Source: Eledone cirrhosa (Eukaryota). From it: DNA of 64,000 bases. The position numbers and the translations under genes were made by a program. This document shows, in pieces, positions 61,101 to 64,000 of this stretch (the stretch's first letter is position 1; every line of letters starts with the position of its first letter). The notes under the pieces are model-generated. The model did not search any database. It worked only from the letters and a program-made list of their open reading frames with translations, and was not told the origin of the DNA. Where the stretch lies: assembly GCA_964016885.1 (NCBI GenBank), contig OZ024744.1, forward strand, positions 4,836,001-4,900,000, in the 5' to 3' direction.

Positions 61101-64000
61101 TAGACAGTGGTGTTGGTAGCAGAGGTCTATCTTGGTAGACAGTGAGGTTGGTATCAGAGGTCTATCTTGGTAGACAGTGAGGTTGGTAGCAGAGGTCTAT
61201 GTTGGTAGACAGTGGTGTTGGTAGCATAGGTCTATCTTGGTAGACAGTGGTGTTGGTAGCAGAGGTCTATGTTGGTAGACAGTGGTGTTGGTAGTAGAGG
61301 TCTATCTTGGTAGACAGTGGTGTTGGTAGCAGATGTCTATCTTGGTAGACAGTGGTGTTGGTAGCAGAGGTCTATCTTGGTAGACAGTGGTGTTGGTAGC
61401 AGATATCTATCTTGGTAGACAGTGGTGTTGGTAGCAGAGGTCTATGTTGGTAGACAGTGGTGTTGGTAGCAGAGGTCTATCTTGGTAGTCAGTGGTGTTG
61501 GTAGCAGAGGTCTATCTTGGTAGACAGTGGTGTTGGTAGCAGAGGTCTATGTTGGGAGACAGTGAGGTTGGTAGCAGAGGTCTATCTTGGTAGACAGTGG
61601 TGTTGGTAGCAGAGGTCTATGTTGGTAGACAGTGGTGTTGGTAGCAGAGGTCTATCTTGGTAGACATTGAGGTTGGTAGCAGAGGTCTATCTTGGTAGAC
61701 AGTGGTGTTGGTAGCAGAGATCTATGTTGGTAGACAGTGGTGTTGGTAGCAGAGGTCTATCTTAGTAGACAGTGGTGTTGGTAGCAGAGGTCTATCTTGG
61801 TAGACAGTGAAGTTGGTAGCAGAGGTCTATCTTGGTAGACAGTGAGGTTGGTAGCAGAGGTCTATCTTGGTAGACAGTGGTGTTGGTAGCAGAGGTATAT
61901 CTTGGTAGACAGTGAGGTTGGTAACAGATATCTATCTTGGTAGACATTGGTGTTCGTAGCAGAGGTCTATGTTGGTAGACAGTGGTGTTGGTAGCAAAGG
62001 TCTATCTTGGTAGTCAGTGGTGTTGGTAGCAGAGGTCTATCTTGGTAGACAGTGGTGTTGGTAGCAGAGGTCTATGTTGGTAGACAGTGGTGTTGGTAAT
62101 AGAGGTCTATCTTGGTAGACAGTGGTGTTGGTAGCAGATGTCTATCTTGGTAGACAGTGGTGTTGGTAGCAGAGGTCTATCTTGGTAGACAGTGGTGTTG
62201 GTAGGAGAGGTCTAACTTGGTAGACAGTGGTGTTGGTAGCAGAGGTCTATCTTGGTAGAAAGTGGTGTTGGTAGGAGAGGTCTATCTTGGTAGACAGTGG
62301 TGTTGGTAGCAGAGGTCTATCTTGGTAGACAGTGGTGTTGGTAGCAGAGGTCTATATTGGTAGACAGTGGTGTTGGTAGCAGATGTCTATCTTGGTAGAC
62401 AGTGGTGTTGGTAGCAGAGGTCTATCTTGGTAGACAGTGGTGGTGGTAGCAGAGGTCTATCTTGTTAGACAGTGTTGTTGGTAGCAGAGGTCTATCTTAG
62501 TAGACAGTGGTGTTGGTAGCAGAGGTCTATCCTGGTAGACAGTGGTGTTGGTAGCAGAGGTCTATCTTGGTAGACAGTAGTGTTGGTAGCAGAGGTCTAT
62601 CTTGGTAGACAGTGGTGTTGGTAGCTGAGGTCTAACTTGGTAGACAGTGGTGTTGGTAGCAGAGGTCTATCTTAGTAGACAGTGGTGTTGGTAGCAGAGG
62701 TCTATCTTGGTAGACAGTGGTGTTGGTAGCAGAGGTCTATCTTGGTAGACAGTGGTGTTGGTAGCAGAGGTCTATGTTGGTAGAAAGTGAGGTTGGTAGC
62801 AGAGGTCTATGTTGGTAGACAGTGGTGTTGGTAGCAGAGGTCTATCTTGGTAGACAGTGGTGTTGGTAGAAGAGGTCTATGTTGGTAGACAGTGAGGTTG
62901 GTAGCAGAGGTCTATCTTGGCAGACAGTGAGGTTGGTAGCAGAGGTCTATCTTGGTAGACAGTGGTGTTGGTAGCAGAGGTCTATCTTGGTAGACAGTGA
63001 GGTTGGTAGCAGATGTCTATCTTTGTAGACAGTGGTGTTGGTAGCAGAGATCTATCTTGGTAGACAGTGAGGTTGGTAGCAGAGGTCTATCTTGGTAGAC
63101 AGTGGTGTTGGTAGCAGAGGTCTATCTTGGTAGACAGTGGTGTTGGTAGCAGAGGTCTATGTTGGTAGACAGTGGTGTTGATAGCAGAGGTTAATCTTGG
63201 TAGACAGTGGTGTTGGTAGCAGAGGTCTATCTTGGTAGACAGTGGTGTTGGTAGCAGAGGTCTATCTTGGTAGACAGTGGTGTTGGTAGCAGAGGTCTAT
63301 GTTGGTAGACAGTGGTGTTTGTAGCAGAGGACTATGTTGGTAGACAGTGGTGTTGGTAGCAGAGGTCTATCTTGGTAGACATTGAGGTTGGTAGCAGAGG
63401 TCTATCTTGGTAGACAGTGGTGTTGGTAGCAGAGATCTATGTTGGTAGACAGTGGTGTTGGTAGCAGAGGTCTATCTTAGTAGACAGTGGTGTTGGTAGC
63501 AGAGGTCTATCTTGGTAGACAGTGAAGTTGGTAGCAGAGGTCTATCTTGGTAGACAGTGAGGTTGGTAGCAGAGGTCTATATTGGTAGACAGTGAGGTTG
63601 GTAGCAGAGGTCTATCTTGGTAGACAGTGAGGTTGGTAGCAGAGCTCTATCTTGGTAGAAAGTGGTGTTGGTAGCAGAGGTCTATGTTGGTAGACAGTGG
63701 TGTTGGTAGCAGAGGTTTATCTTGGTAGACAGTGGTGTTGGTAGCAGAGGTCTATGTTGGTAGACAGTGGTGTTGGTAGCAGAGGTATATCTTGGTAGGC
63801 AGTGGTGTTGGTAGCAGAGCTCTATCTTGGTAGACAGTGGTGTTGGTAGCAGAGGTCTTTCTTGGTAGACAGTGGTGTTGCTAGCAGAGGTCTATGTTGG
63901 TAGAAAGTGAGGTTGGTAGCTGAGGTCTATGTTGGTAGACAGTGGTGCTGGTAGCAGAAGTCTATCTTGGTAGACAGTGAGGTTGGTATCAGAGGTCTAT

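Larger units (their letters stand above)
1..64000 (+). repeat. Tandem satellite/minisatellite array, 35-bp monomer TTGGTAGCAGAGGTCTATCTTGGTAGACAGTGGTG, ~1829 copies, runs off both window ends
   Basis: Seen in sequence: TAGCAGAGG recurs at 1, 36, 71 and so on. Adding 29 counted 1-bp deletions gives 64029 = 1829 x 35 + 14, and the window ends on a 14-nt partial unit (TATCAGAGGTCTAT) as predicted. Consensus composition is G13 T11 A7 C4. No inversion or foreign insertion seen. Confidence 0.99.

Noticed and set aside
1-64000. CRISPR array (35-bp repeat with a short palindrome)
   Set aside because: Repeats are directly adjacent with no unique spacers, and there is no leader or cas gene.
1-64000. 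Giant repetitive protein gene (mucin/adhesin-like, Thr/Pro-rich translation)
   Set aside because: The period of 35 is not a multiple of 3. Stops occur in all six frames (two TAG per monomer on +, one on -), and 1-bp deletions are tolerated.
1-64000. Telomerase-synthesised telomeric repeat
   Set aside because: The strand is G/T-rich, but multi-kilobase strings of variants are copied faithfully, which indicates DNA-templated duplication rather than repeated copying of one short RNA template.
1-64000. Rolling-circle, concatemer or sequencing artefact of a single 35-mer
   Set aside because: Variants and indels recur in ordered, hierarchical patterns with graded divergence, unlike random error. 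Only the copy number of the youngest blocks remains open to assembly doubt.
1-64000. Variant pattern as an information-bearing code or diversity-generating cassette system
   Set aside because: No recombinase, reverse transcriptase or expression locus is present, and ordinary mutation plus block duplication explains the pattern.

Overview
The whole 64-kb window is one uninterrupted head-to-tail tandem array of a 35-bp, G/T-rich monomer, all in one orientation (consensus + strand TTGGTAGCAGAGGTCTATCTTGGTAGACAGTGGTG). Phase bookkeeping gives 1829 monomers plus 14 nt, with 29 single-base deletions. I see no unique sequence, credible gene, RNA gene, transposon or CRISPR spacer, and the three listed 69-aa ORFs are by-products of the repeat. 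It looks like eukaryotic satellite/minisatellite DNA (inference; the organism cannot be identified from this window). The informative signal is in the variant monomers, which act as barcodes and reveal nested, in-register duplications: a near-identical ~22.1-kb tandem duplication, an overlapping ~11.3-kb one, and smaller ones of about 75, 63, 60, 30, 28, 17 and 7 monomers. The monomer is itself a diverged dimer (19+16 bp) with a short dyad (GTCTAT-CTTG-GTAGAC). I found no evidence for a new protein-coding or defence system. All comparisons were made by eye at marker variants, so block boundaries are approximate to 1-2 monomers.
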